A DNA stretch of 64,000 bases from Perkinsus chesapeaki ATCC PRA-425 (taxonomy: Eukaryota > Protista > Perkinsozoa): NCBI GenBank assembly GCA_013115145.1, contig JAAPAO010000048.1, positions 1 through 64,000 of the forward strand, in the 5' to 3' direction. The translations under genes were made by a program, and so were the position numbers. Shown here one piece after another: positions 25,701 to 37,422 of this stretch; position 1 is the first letter of the stretch; the number at the start of each line of letters is the position of its first letter. The notes beneath the pieces were generated by a model, which saw only the letters and a list, made by a program, of their open reading frames with translations, made no database searches and was not told the origin of the DNA.

Positions 25701-28700
25701 TGTGAAGCATCTTGGGACAATTGCTCGAAGATTGATGGACAGTCAGCTAGAAGGCATAGATTGGCTATGGCGCCGATGGCTGCTGCGGCGCAGTTCAATC
25801 TGAGGGATTGGAACAGTATGGAAAAGTAAGCATTCGCTTACCTCGTAGGCGATCGTTCTGAATGTAACTAGTTAGTAATTAGTGATTCAATAACTTAAGT
25901 AGTGGCCTACATATCGGGTGTCGGAATAAAGCTTGCTCAAGCTGGCTGAGCACATCGGTGGTGATGCTGCTCAGCCGATTAGAAACGACGCAAAAGTCTA
26001 AGAGGAATTGCACTAGCGTTTGGCGTCACTCGCCACGATATTGGTCAGATACGTTAAAGTGTTGGAGGGTGTGTCGGTATCTGATGTTATTGACGCTGGA
26101 GGGACAATTGACACAATCGACACCACTGCCTCGAATTCATCGGTTACTTCATCTTCATCTACACCAAATGAGAGTGATAATGATGGCATGTCTTTCGAGG
26201 GCAGCTTTTATGCTGCTATTTTGGCTATACATAAACAACAATATGAACGAGCATTCAAGCTGGTAAGCTCTACGGCTACTTCAAGTACAAGTTGAAATAA
26301 TCCTATATTTTCAATCAATATTGTCCGTTGCCACATGACGGCTAAGATCATACAAGTCATTCCCAAATTGGGCTAATGTTTCGCCGTTTGCGATTCGCCC
26401 TTGAATTTCGACCTGATTGATATATTTACTATTTAATAATCACTTATTTTTCCAATAGAATTTGAGTCTCTATTTCCCTCTGAAGTGAACGGAACGGAGG
26501 TCCACAAGATCCAAAGGCGGAATGCTGCACGTCCTACGGCTTCATTGATTCTGGACTCAATTTCAAGATTTTTTGATTTCAATTGGATTTATTTTTTTTA
26601 AATATAAATATCGTATATCATGAAGAGTTCGGCTAATCTTGAGGTTGGCTTAGTAGCTGGCGATGCTGTTCACTAGATATGCTATTCACATACCAATAGT
26701 CTTGAGGTTGGCTTAGTAGCTGGCGATGCTGTTCACTAGATATGCTATTCACATACCAATAGTCTTGAGGTTGGCTTAGTAGCTGGCGATGCTGTTCACT
26801 AGATATGCTATTCACATACCAATAGTCTTGAGGTTGGCTTAGTAGCTGGCGATGCTGTTCACTAGATATACTATTCACATANNNNNNNNNNNNNNNNNNN
26901 NNNNNNNNNNNNNNNNNNNNNNNNNNNNNNNNNNNNNNNNNNNNNNNNNNNNNNNNNNNNNNNNNNNNNNNNNNNNNNACTATTCACATACCAATAGTCT
27001 TGAGGTTGGCTTAGTAGCTGGCGATGCTGTTCACTAGATATACTATTCACATATCAATAATTCTTAGATTCACAAAAGTCGTGACAGCCTCGATGGAGAG
27101 CTCACAGCTTTGATTGGCGAAAGCTACACACGGGCTTACAGATGCCTTATTAAAGTACAACAACTCACTGAGCTTGAAGAGATAATAAAGTGATTACGAA
27201 AAATGTAAAGATGAAACGCTTCGCTCCGCCTCCTATTAGATACAAGCAATTGGAGGATACTGGGGATAATCAGGGATGCTCCATGATGAGAGATATGTGG
27301 ACACGTCGATTGATGGGATGCCGACCGGATGTGGACGCGTGGCGATCTTTGTTGGAGCTGAGGTTGGTATCTTTTACTATCGCACTCGGAAGATTTTATT
27401 CAGGACGCTTGTTGTGCCTCCACGAGAGGACCTTACAACATGGCTTAAATTTACAGGTGAGTTTATAACAATCTGGCAGCTGATTTAAAAGCTCTACTGA
27501 AGATAACACAGTATACATTTATGTAGGAATATCTTCAAGATCGATTTACCACTCAGATGAGCTGTATAAAGCATATTACCGCGCAACTATTTTTATACCT
27601 TCCCGTCATCATTAATGCCCATACCTTCATAAACCTCTTCCTACTTCTCTCATACTTTTTATTATAATATTTCCATACCTTTTCATACTTTCATGCATTT
27701 TAATACTTTTGAATATTTTCGTACCATGTTGTTGTTGTTAAATGATGTCATTCCTGTTCAGCACTCTGTCGTAAGTCCGGTAGACTATCACTTGCAACTA
27801 AGACGATCGATATGCTTCGAGCCGACAACACCTTAAAACGTGATCCTGTTGTTACGTGGGAGTATTTAAAGAATCTTTATGCCAATGGTAGCAGATGGGA
27901 GGCTCGAGATATGTTACAGGTAGGGAAGGAGGAGGATGGTGACGTCGATCGCAGCAGCGGCGGAGCGAAGCGTTTTTCAAACCCAAAGAAAATATTAGTT
28001 CGTTTGGGGCTGTCGATGTCAAGCGGGTTTGCAGCTCTTTCATCGTGAACTGTTCAACTTTACTCGGCTTGGTCAGAAAAAAGACTCATTTCATATTAGT
28101 ATGTTATGTCTGATAATATATCACTAATACGTACATCATACAAGTATTGACAAGTATTAAATATATTTAAATAATTATAGTAAATATTAATATAATAATT
28201 AATAATAAATTGAATAAACACTCTACGGTTGGAGGGAACTCAACTCCTCCGACCATGAAATAGGGCTTCCCACAATTGTTCAAATGTGCTAGCCGTTGGC
28301 ACGTCGCTGTTTATGCCAACTCATACGGCGGCAATTCTTCTGGAGTCAAAGACATTGCTCCTGTAGGGCCGAAATATGAAAGAGACTTTGATATAGAATA
28401 CGTTATTGAAGCTGCTCTGTGTAAATGGATCCCATAGGAAATAATCGATGCTCCTTTATACCTCCCCGATCTCCAGCATAGCCAATTTCTTTTCAGTCGT
28501 TCCTTCAGCAACAAGGTGCGGTGGTTAATCCGGACCTAATAGTGGATGTTAGCTCTTACGCTCCATCACCGCTGTTTTTATCACCTGAATCGAGAAGGGT
28601 TGGTAGCCCTGGAGGACGGAGGAGACGCCGAGCACCGAGTTCATACTCTCAAACACAGCAGCAGCAGGTTGGGGGATCACTCCACCCGAGTTCGATCCTC

Positions 28701-31700
28701 GGATACGGTATTTTCAGGTTCCCATTGAACTCCTTTCGAAATGTCATCTCAAAATGGGCCTCTGGACCAAGGACCTAGCGGAAGACTATCTCCACGTGCG
28801 ATCAGCAATTTCGTGGCGCAGCGGTCATTTATCTGGCAGGCATCCTTCTATGAAGATGAAGGCGTTCTTGAGAATGTTCTCGGATGGTTTGAAAGTGCCA
28901 TAAAACTGAATCCGAAATATTATAAAGGTAAACATGAATCGCTTCGCTCCGCCTATAATTTGGTATTTCAGCCTGGAACGCCTGGGCACTAGCAAATTAT
29001 AATGCAGTGACCTACATAGAGAATCAACAACACAGAGAATCGGCTGCATCAAGTCCGAAGGAGATTGGGAATGAGGATAAGAGAAGGAAGGCACCAGCAG
29101 CAGCAGCTCCACAATCGCAAACTTCAGGTTTGCTTGCTCCCGCGTTCGATCCCTGGCAGGGGCAGTTTTGCAGGTATAATCGAAGAATCGAAACCATACC
29201 TGTTGAATGCACTACGAGGCTTCACAAAATCTATCATTCTTAGCGATCCGCCTCAGTTGCAAGTAAGAGATGAAACGTCACGCGCCACGAAATGCCGTTG
29301 CAGGACGTACTGCGGTTGATAACGCTTGGGTTTAAATACAGCGGTGACAGCGATCTTGAACTTGAGCTGCAGAAGGGCTTCGATCAGGCACCATTGGTGG
29401 CATGGTTACAGGTGAGTAACAGATCGATCAGGTGATCGATTTGGTATCGATTTGGTATTTATTGGTATCGATTTAGGTCACTCCACAGCTCATTGCCCGG
29501 TTGCGGAGCAAACGACAGTCCCTTCGGACGACGGTTCATCAGTTGCTTTCACGTGTTGGGAAAACGTAAGAAATTTCATGGCGCAGTGAAATATTTGATC
29601 CATCATTATTTTTAGTGGTATGAACTCCTTTTGTAGCCAGTATGAATTTATTGATGCCGGCTTTTCCCCGGTTCGATCCCTCGTAGCGTCATTTTATCAA
29701 CCTACGTGAAATGATAAAACACCTGCTTCTCTGCAATGTCTCCTCGGTGTAGTTGTTGTATAATTCTTCCCCATTAGATACCCTCAAGCTTTAGTGTTCC
29801 CTTTAACAGTAGCCACTCGTAGTAGTGTCAGTACCTTTGTTATCAGCAGCAAACGATTGTTACAGGAGATATCGGTATGTCTTTTGTTTCCATCTGGATA
29901 GATTATTGTGTATCAGGTACACCGCAAAACTCTTGTCCAACAAAGTCAGTTGGTGTCGGCGGAGCTCATTAGGATATCTATGCTTTGGCATGAGATATGG
30001 TAGCCAAGCATACTGTTACACCTGCTGGCATTGTCGATATCTCTGTGATGGATTATCGGTGCTTGGCATTGTTAGGAGATATAGTAGATCTATACTCTAA
30101 CACTCTCAGGAGATCTCTCTGGGCGTCATATTATTTACCATGAAATCAGTACTCTACTTTATTTCTGTCAACATGGAACCAGTGGTGAAGGAAAATGAGC
30201 CTGAGTTGAAATTAGTTAGTTGTGGGCTAGTGAGCATTTCTATTTTGGAGAGACACATCGGGAATGATTGCAATACCAGCAATATATGGGAGCATCTATG
30301 TTCCTCTATGACTCCCTGAATTTGTCCCGTAGATGTCGGACATCAAAAGTATCTTTGATGCGCATGCGTGCAAATGATTGTGCTGCTATTGATTTTCTTC
30401 AGGTGTGAAGCTCTAGAGGAGGCCAGTCGATTGTATTATGCCGAGCATGACGTAAATGGTATGATTGAGGTGCTGAAACCATTGCATGAAATGATGCTTC
30501 AAGGACCTCAAACGCTAAGGTGTCATTTTTTTCGCACTGTGAAGATTTTCAAGACATGCGTATCTTTGCCCAGAGAGACATCCTTTACTCAAGCGTTTGG
30601 CCGTGACCTTCGCGAAGCCCTTAAATGGATACACGCCTACGAGAGGGAGGAAGCTCGACACCAGAAGGATGACGTAGATTTTTGCGCTGATGGAGAGTCC
30701 TCGAAAAATGATGACAAACGACTCGACCTTATCGACCAAGCTTGGCAGATCTATTATAAGGTTTTCCAAAAGATTCACAAACAGGTCAGTAATGAGGTAT
30801 CTACTGCAGTCCACTGCTGCTTGCCTTAGAGACATCTTTTGAGATGTTTTTCTTGAATTTCGATTGGCTCCTGCATCGCTCGGCATGAATCAGTGTGTTG
30901 AGGAAACTCGGGCGAGGGTACCAACACACATTCCAACACCGAATGGGAACCTTACACTAATAAGCATGAATTTAGAGCAGTCACAATACAGTAGAGATAT
31001 CCATGTGGGAACACTGCCTCGTAGGTGTTGGACGGCTCGCTGAATCCGTGATGATATGATAGGTTTGAGTTTTGAAATCAGTACCAATCTGATAAAATGA
31101 CTTTTCAAAATTGAAAGGACAAGAAACATATTAGCTGGGACTCTTTCATCGTCCCAGTTGGGCTTGGAAATACGTGGACTCCTCCTTCTCTGTCTTTGTA
31201 TAAAACGCTCTTCAAACGAAACCCGAGCCGATCAAAGCAAAGTCAAAAATCATACCGGATCGGTGATGTTAGTCAAGTCTTGAATCTCACACGAGAGAAA
31301 CCAAGATGCTGCTGCTGGTCCTCAGCACCATCCGCCTATCAGGTGCAAACATTATCCCATCTTGATCTGCAATATATTTCACCGATGCTTCTCAATGCTC
31401 GAAATCTCGAATTGGCAGTCCCTGGAACTTACACGCCTGAGAGAGAGGAAGCTGGTGATCTGGTCACTATATCGTACTTCAGCCCCAGCATTGATGTAAG
31501 GCGGAGCGAAGCGATTCATGAAAACCGTTTTGCCAGATAATAGCGAGTAAGCAAAAGCCGCGAATCATCCACATGAGAGGCTCCGACGGTCGAAGCTACA
31601 AATTCATTTTGAAGGTAAGACCGCCGTGTGGTCGACGAGAGTTGATGGGGCATCCTTCTCATCAGGGTCACGAAGATCTGAAACAAGACGAGAGAGTGAT

Positions 31701-34175
31701 GCAGTTGTTTGGTTTAATTAATAGTCTTGTTGCTGGGCAAGCTTCGAAGTCGACTAAGTTCCAGGAGATACCGGCAGCAGGTATGATAGGAGGAATCTTT
31801 CGCACTGTGTAGATTTTCTGGATTCAGCTGTACGTGGTGGTATGGTTAATGTTGGTTCGCCAGCTTATCAACAGATTTACAGTGGTGGTAAATACATATC
31901 AAATGTGAACCAAGTTTACAACTCATTGAGGGTAAGTAGAAGCTACTAATGAAATCGATCACGTGATCGATTTAGATTCAAACCTATGCCGTAGTGCCTT
32001 TATCGAATAATTCTGGTCTGATTGAGTGGGTGCCTGGGTCTGATACGATACATAAGCTCATCAAAGACTATCGGGATGCCAATAATATACCACTTAGTGT
32101 TGAGTAAGTCAAGTACCACCACAAACTAGTCACTCGCAAGAATGGCATGTTTCAATCGTTTGAGTTGAAATGCATCTTTTTTACGGAAAGATTCGAATTA
32201 ATTAATTATTACGGAATTATTAACCGACGATTATAGCTACAATTAATCTAATTATTCGATTATACTCTTTCCATTAATTCCTACTTTTCTGCTTACCACG
32301 ACTTCAGGTACTCCCTGATGAAAAGTATGTACGGTCGCTGTGAGGAGCTATCTTTGCTGCAGAAGGTCGAAGTCCTTCGATATGCTTTGGATAACACTTC
32401 AGTGAAAACAATGCCTTTCTTGTCGTTTTCGTGACTTGCTTCATTTCTAGGGTGACGATCTAGAGCGTGTTATGTGGCTTCAAAGCCGTAACAGTGAGGT
32501 TTGGCTTAGACGGCGAGGCAACTACTCAAGGAGTCTGGCGGTTATGTCTGTTGTCGGGTAAGCCGGTGTAGACGACATGATGGACTTGGAAGTGTTGTAA
32601 GCTGTATAGGGTTTGAGGACGAGTATAATAATAGGAATTTAACACAGCACCACTGCCTCTTGAAGGTTAGTAATTCAGTATCATTTCTTCAGTCTATACT
32701 TTACACAATATCTTTTTGTATCACTGCGGGCATTGCTTAACCCGCAGCTTCCACCAATACCTTTAGAGTCGTAATCTCTCTCCACATCGATTCATTCATC
32801 CCAAGCAAGGAAACGAGAAGACGGATCCCAAAAAATATTCCTTCTGTTGACAGTGGTAGCTTTGATGGGAGCTTTCAGTTACGTTTTGGGCCTCGGCGAT
32901 CGGCATCCTTCAAATATAATGATCGAGCAGGAGACAGGTAAAGTTGTGCACATCGATTTCGGTGACTGTTTTGAAGTTGCAATGCTGAGGTAAGTTAATA
33001 AAAAGATTTAAATCACTACTCAAACATCTCAGGGAGAGATTCCCGGAAAAGATTCCCTTTCGTCTGACGAGGATGTTGGTGAACGCATTGGAGGTATCTG
33101 GTGTGGAAGGATCTTTCAGACGGACTTGCGAAAAAATGGTGAAATGCCTCGGCAGGGAATTAATGATTTCCTCGAGTTCAGATGCAACTACTGCGTACAA
33201 ATAAAGATGCTGTAATGGCGATGCTCGAAGCCTTCGTATTCGATCCTCTCATCACATGGCGTCTGATGCCGACCAGGTAAGGCAGCCATCAGCACCTTTA
33301 TAAACTCTGATGGGAGCGGGTTGAGTTATTTCTTTCGCTGCTGTCGACGGCGCTAATTCGGAATTAAAAACCTGACAGATTGCGACAATTTCGTGACGAT
33401 ATCTGACGTGTGCGTGCGTACAGTTTCCTTGCATGTTTGCATTCAGACCATTCGAGAGCCCCGCCCAAAAGAAGGTAACAGTAGCTGAGGGTTCAGCTGC
33501 GGGGGCTGCAACTCGAAGGGCCTCAGATGCCAGCGCTAAAAGTATGTCTACCGAGCTTGTTCAATTTCATTTTACTCCTTTGTAGGCCAAAGTGGCGTGT
33601 CTGATGCTAGTGGTGAACATCAGGAGGAAGAAGGATCGCAGCAGGAGAGTGCTCAGGTAGGTATTCTTCTTGCTGCCATCTTGGTATCACACTTGATTTG
33701 GCAGACGGATTCTAAACGTAAAGATCGAAGTGATGGCAAGGTGGAGAACTACGCCGATCCGGTGCCCCGACCTTTGCAGAAATTCGATGTCGGTGGAGTT
33801 GCTGGTAGGCTGCTAAAATGAACATCATTCGGCGTTAGTTCGGCGATTTCAGGGCAAGGTGATCCCCATCTGGCCTCGGTAAGAATTAAAGTAGCACGGC
33901 AGCGAGAGTTAAGACATGTGTTGGGTCCGGAAGGACTGTTGGCAAATCAAGAGGAATTACAACACCATGCTAGAATAATTGTTGATCGTGTTCTCACCAA
34001 GCTCACCGGAACTGATTTCAATCATGGACAGTAAGTCGTAGTCGAACTTTAGTTTCTATTGTTGAGCAACGGCAGGTATATGTCGGTCGAAGCACAAGTG
34101 GAACGACTGATCGAAGAAGCGACCTCTTACGAGAATCTCTCACAGTGTTACGTCGGATGGTGTGCTTTCTGGTGA
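13777..34175 (+). CDS. TOR: Target of rapamycin (TOR) PIKK kinase, many introns; start approximate
   Basis: HEAT exons ([21 protein letters not shown]; [13 protein letters not shown]), FAT ([12 protein letters not shown]; [12 protein letters not shown]; [12 protein letters not shown]), FRB ([18 protein letters not shown]), kinase (ELAVPGTY; [19 protein letters not shown]; GDRHPSN; [11 protein letters not shown]; PFRLTRM) and FATC ending [12 protein letters not shown]. Confidence 0.97.
14658..14938. mobile_element. MITE-like element in a TOR intron (Tc1/mariner/pogo-type termini)
   Basis: ~46-bp terminal inverted repeats CAGCATTTCCC(G/C)GTCATG(C/T)TTCCGACATGCGCA..GTTATTTCCGA with about four mismatches. 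Flanks are CA|CAG...CTG|TA, consistent with a TA target duplication with one mutated base. No ORF inside. Confidence 0.8.
19062..19771 (+). repeat. Five consecutive TOR introns, each carrying a tRNA T-arm/B-box element
   Basis: Introns 19062-19110 (element on -), 19190-19235 (+), 19377-19425 (+), 19566-19618 (-) and 19734-19771 (+). Boundaries are fixed by in-frame TOR homology. Confidence 0.9.
20481..20530 (-). repeat. TOR intron with an antisense tRNA 3'-end element
   Basis: Reverse complement GATCCAC CCGGG TTCGATC CCCGG TTGCGGC A; perfect 5-bp T-stem. Confidence 0.85.
22562..22601 (-). repeat. 40-nt TOR intron that is almost entirely an antisense tRNA 3'-half fragment
   Basis: Reverse complement ...AATCGAA AGGTC GTGGG TTCGAAT CCCAC: variable loop plus a perfect T-arm. 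Confidence 0.85.
23321..23366 (-). repeat. tRNA 3'-end element in a longer TOR intron
   Basis: Reverse complement AAAAGATC CCTGG TTCGATC CCCGG GTAGGAC A GTTTCTTCTTTTT. Confidence 0.8.
24130..24406. repeat. 37-bp tandem repeat spanning an assembly gap (N 24240-24339)
   Basis: Unit TATTATACAATCCCCTTTATTTCCTCTATATATCAAG on both sides of the gap, inside a TOR intron. Confidence 0.95.
26636..27060. repeat. 63-bp tandem repeat spanning an assembly gap (N 26882-26978)
   Basis: Unit AATAGTCTTGAGGTTGGCTTAGTAGCTGGCGATGCTGTTCACTAGATATGCTATTCACATACC, about four copies before the gap and one after, inside a TOR intron. Confidence 0.95.
27190..27239 (+). repeat. TOR intron with CGCTTCGCTCCGCC motif; near-identical core to AFG2 intron 61446-61496
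   Basis: TACGAAAAATGTAAAGATGAAACGCTTCGCTCCGC here versus TACGAAAAATGTAAAAGAAGAAACGCTTCGCTCCGC. Confidence 0.85.
28668..29777 (+). repeat. Cluster of TOR introns carrying the three intron motifs
   Basis: 28668-28717 T-arm(+); 28796-28839 AATTTCGTGGCGCAGCGG(+); 28928-28971 GGCGGAGCGAAGCG(-); 29128-29173 T-arm(+); 29263-29303 TTTCGTGGCGCGTGAC(-); 29566-29777 A-box-like(+) plus T-arm(+). Confidence 0.85.
31496..31536 (+). repeat. TOR intron with GGCGGAGCGAAGCG motif
   Basis: gtaAGGCGGAGCGAAGCGATTCATGaaa; 22 nt are the exact reverse complement of part of intron 28928-28971. Confidence 0.85.
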
Positions 34176-34569
34176 TTCATAATTCTGTCAAGTTTTTGTG
34201 TTATTCCATTTCTATCATTCTTTCCTGTTGTGTCGTAACTTGCAAACTTGTCACCAGCGAACTGCCTTCTATGCCAGGTCCAAGCTCCTCGACGGTATCA
34301 ATGTTTCCATTGCTCGATTCGATCAGAGACACTCTAAAGTGATTGACTTATTGAGTTCCTTTCAGTACCAGATTTAATAGATTTACTCCTCGCAATGCAA
34401 CGAAATCTAAGTACGATCGACTCTTGAATAAGAAAGATTGCGGGCTATTGAAAACTAAGCAGCTGCCGAACACTAAAAACCATCAGTTCGAGCTTGATGA
34501 AAAAACCGAATATTCTACTAGGGTGCGCAACAAATACGAATAAATATGCAGCTTCACAGAAGACACTGC

Positions 34570-35455
34570 TTAACTTCACTTGTAGAGGGCCATGTATATC
34601 TCATCGCCTTGTGCTGAAAGAATACGGTGTCAATCCATGAGCGTTACTCCCGAGGCCATCCTTTCCTGGCTTACTCAGAACTTTAATGAAACCCAGCCTT
34701 TTATAAAGCTTGATGGCGCCTATATTCGTATCTTCAACTTGTAAGACCACAGCAAGGAAGTCAGGCGTGCTCTTGCCCTCAAAAATCAGTCTTGAAGTGT
34801 GTGATAATCTTCGTGGCTTGAACAGGTCTCATTCTCATCGGCTCGAAGAAGGGTGGTTTTTACTATGAGACCGAGAGACCTTCTTACCAAATTAATAATA
34901 TATTCCAGAAGATTGGTAACCTTTACCTTGACTCTCGCTAGCAACGGCAACCTAAATAGCAGTAGTCTCATGAACGGAAACCCACTCTGCCTCCACCTGG
35001 TGTATGAATCCAAAGATGCCTTTCGTCTTTTTGGTTCTTCCTGATAAACCATATTAATAGTCGTTATCGATTATTAATAACCGCGTTGACGTATCGAAGT
35101 CAACCGCTAATCTACTGTATATTCTCGAATAAGTCAGCGCGAACCTACATTTTCGAGCGAACGGCTTTTTCCACTTTCTTAGAAAGTGACTGATCCATGG
35201 TGGCGATGATGAAGCCAACAACAGTCTGATGACAAATTACCACGGATGAAGGGAGCGTACATGGGGCATACATGAGGGACCTTGTCCGAGTCAACTGCGA
35301 CATAGCAAGGAGGATCCTTCCTAGTTTGACATTGAAAGCGGAGCCAAGACGGAATCTCGGGGAAGTTGTCGCCGTTTTCATAGTCACGGTAATCAATCCT
35401 TCCCAAAGTGAGGCATGCCAGATAGGCAACTAGTGGGATGTAAGATTTAATCGAG
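34570..35455 (-). pseudogene. Signal-peptide GNAT-like gene, copy 1 (ATG appears changed to ATT; in-frame TAG)
   Basis: Homologous to copies 2-4 (DPPCY|TVVGFII; GIFGFIHQVEAEWVSVHETTAI*VAVASESQGKG; TNMGAIKLYKRLGF-like last exon). Confidence 0.6.
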
Positions 35456-35469
35456 TGAATCAACAAAGC

Positions 35470-35975
35470 CTAAAGGGTGGAGCCGGGCCAGTAGGCTACA
35501 CGGTACAAGGACCATGCTGCTTCTCGGTCAATACAAGTGTAGTTTCGGTTGTCAATACCTACAAGGGAGCTGAACCGCTCGTAACCATCACGACACCAAA
35601 ACCTCATCAATCCAAGATGCTCCCAATAGTATTGGAGTAATACTCCCAAACTCGACAAGTATGACTTAAAAGAGGAAATACCATAGGATTTCGGTCATTA
35701 CAATTTAAAATGCCATTCAGGTGGAGTTTAGGATGTAAGAAATGGAGGATATGGCCAGGAGGCACCGTCACGCCGTGACCGTACCGATGGCCGGTGCATT
35801 CTATGCGCACGTTATGGGCATGCTTAATAGGGCCGCCAACATGGGCATGTCGGAGGGTGACAGTCACCCAGTGACTTTGCAAAAGAAACGTTATCATGGC
35901 CATGGCTATGGTATTTCCTATATGCGAAATTGTATTTCCTAGACGAGTGTAGCGATATTGAAGTTCCTCAACCAC
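35470..35975 (-). pseudogene. Possible decayed coding fragment of unknown identity
   Basis: Protein-like frames broken by stops between GNAT copies 1 and 2. Confidence 0.15.
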
Positions 35976-36544
35976 CTACCTGGTGAAATTGAAGTTACTA
36001 AACGAGAATCTTAACATAAATTTCGCTCGCCTGTCGAAATAGGCGTTGAAAAGGTGTACCTTTCCCTGAAAACATCATATATGAAGATAAGATAAAGAGC
36101 TCTCATTTGGTGTGTCCTGCGGAGTTCCCCTGGTATTAGTTACAGAACATTCGATAAGGTACTGAGAATAGAGATCAAGCGCAAAAACGATGATGTGTTC
36201 GATCCGGACATGCCACAACTAGCATACCCAAGTCGTGGATGATCTTTCAGTAAGTAAGGCTCATTTATTCAGTTTATTCCCGAACCGGACTATTATCTAA
36301 CGTAATGTAGTCACTCGCAACGCAAAGAATGGTCAAATGACAGGAGATATGAAAAGATGATAATTAACGATAAGCTTCTGAAGAATAGCGACTGACAATT
36401 CCAAAGATCAATCAAACCGTCAATTGAAAATTGATGAGACGAACGAATATCCTATGAGGCTTGGTTGCCGTTACAAACCGGCGTGCAGCTCCTCGTAAGG
36501 TGGTCAGGTAGTGTCGACTTCACTTATACAAGGCCATGTATATC

Positions 36545-37422
36545 TCACTGCCCTCTCCTGCAAAAACACCAAGTCAATCTGCGAGTGTTACCCTCGAGAA
36601 CATCCTTCTCTAGCTTACTGAGGACTTCAATGAAACCCAATCTCTTATATAGCTTGATGGCTCCTAGGTTATCATGGTCAACATACAAGACCATAGCAAG
36701 GAAGTTGGGAGTGCTCTTGCCCTGAAGGATCGCCAAAACCAATCGCTCTTAATCACCCCCACTGCCAAAAAGCTCTCGGAACCGCACTGGTTTATACTGT
36801 GCAAACTTCATAACTCTCATTCTTATCGAGGCGACATCAGTTTAGTTCATCGCAGTATAGCACTCCGAGGCGGGTATTCCTTCATTATGAGACGCAGATG
36901 CCTGCTGTTCTTACCAAATTTATCATATAGTCAAGAAGATGGGTACCAATGCCTTTACCTTGACTGTCCTTGGTAACGGCAACCTGAATGTAAGCAGTCT
37001 CATCGAGAAACTTACTCCGCTTGTACCTGGTGTATGAAACCGAAAATGCCTTTCGTCTTGGGCTTCTTCCTGATATACCATATTAATAGTAACATACGTG
37101 AATCTTTTACATCTTTCTCCGAACAGCATTCTCCACTTCCTTCGAGAGTGGCTGACCTATAGTCGCCACGACGAAGCCAATAACGGTCTGAAGCGGAGAC
37201 ACACTGAACAAAGGAAACGTATACGTTGTGTCACACATTAGGGCCACTGTCCGAGTTAACCGCCACATAGCAAGGGGGGTCGTTTCTAGTTTGGCATTGA
37301 ATCGTGAGTGCAGCTGGATTATCGGGATAATTGTCACCCTTCTCATAGTTACGGTAAACGATCTTTCCAAAAGCAGGGCATGCTAAGTGGACCAAAAGTG
37401 GGATGTAGAGAAATGACTTCAT
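36545..37422 (-). pseudogene. Signal-peptide GNAT-like acetyltransferase, copy 2 (TAA plus a 2-nt deletion relative to copy 4)
   Basis: MKSFLYIPLLVHLACPAFG signal-like start; GNAT motif A YIQVAVTKDSQGKGIGTHLLDYMI; motif B LYVDHDNLGAIKLYKRLGF. Confidence 0.65.

Noticed and set aside
26633-26878. ORF with a 21-aa repeat, or a CRISPR-like array
   Set aside because: It is the translation of a 63-bp head-to-tail tandem repeat with no unique spacers, inside a TOR intron.
13777-34175. Stop-codon reassignment or programmed frameshifting in the conserved genes
   Set aside because: Wherever traced, interruptions in TOR, LIG1, RPS10 and AFG2 are explained by canonical GT-AG introns under the standard code.
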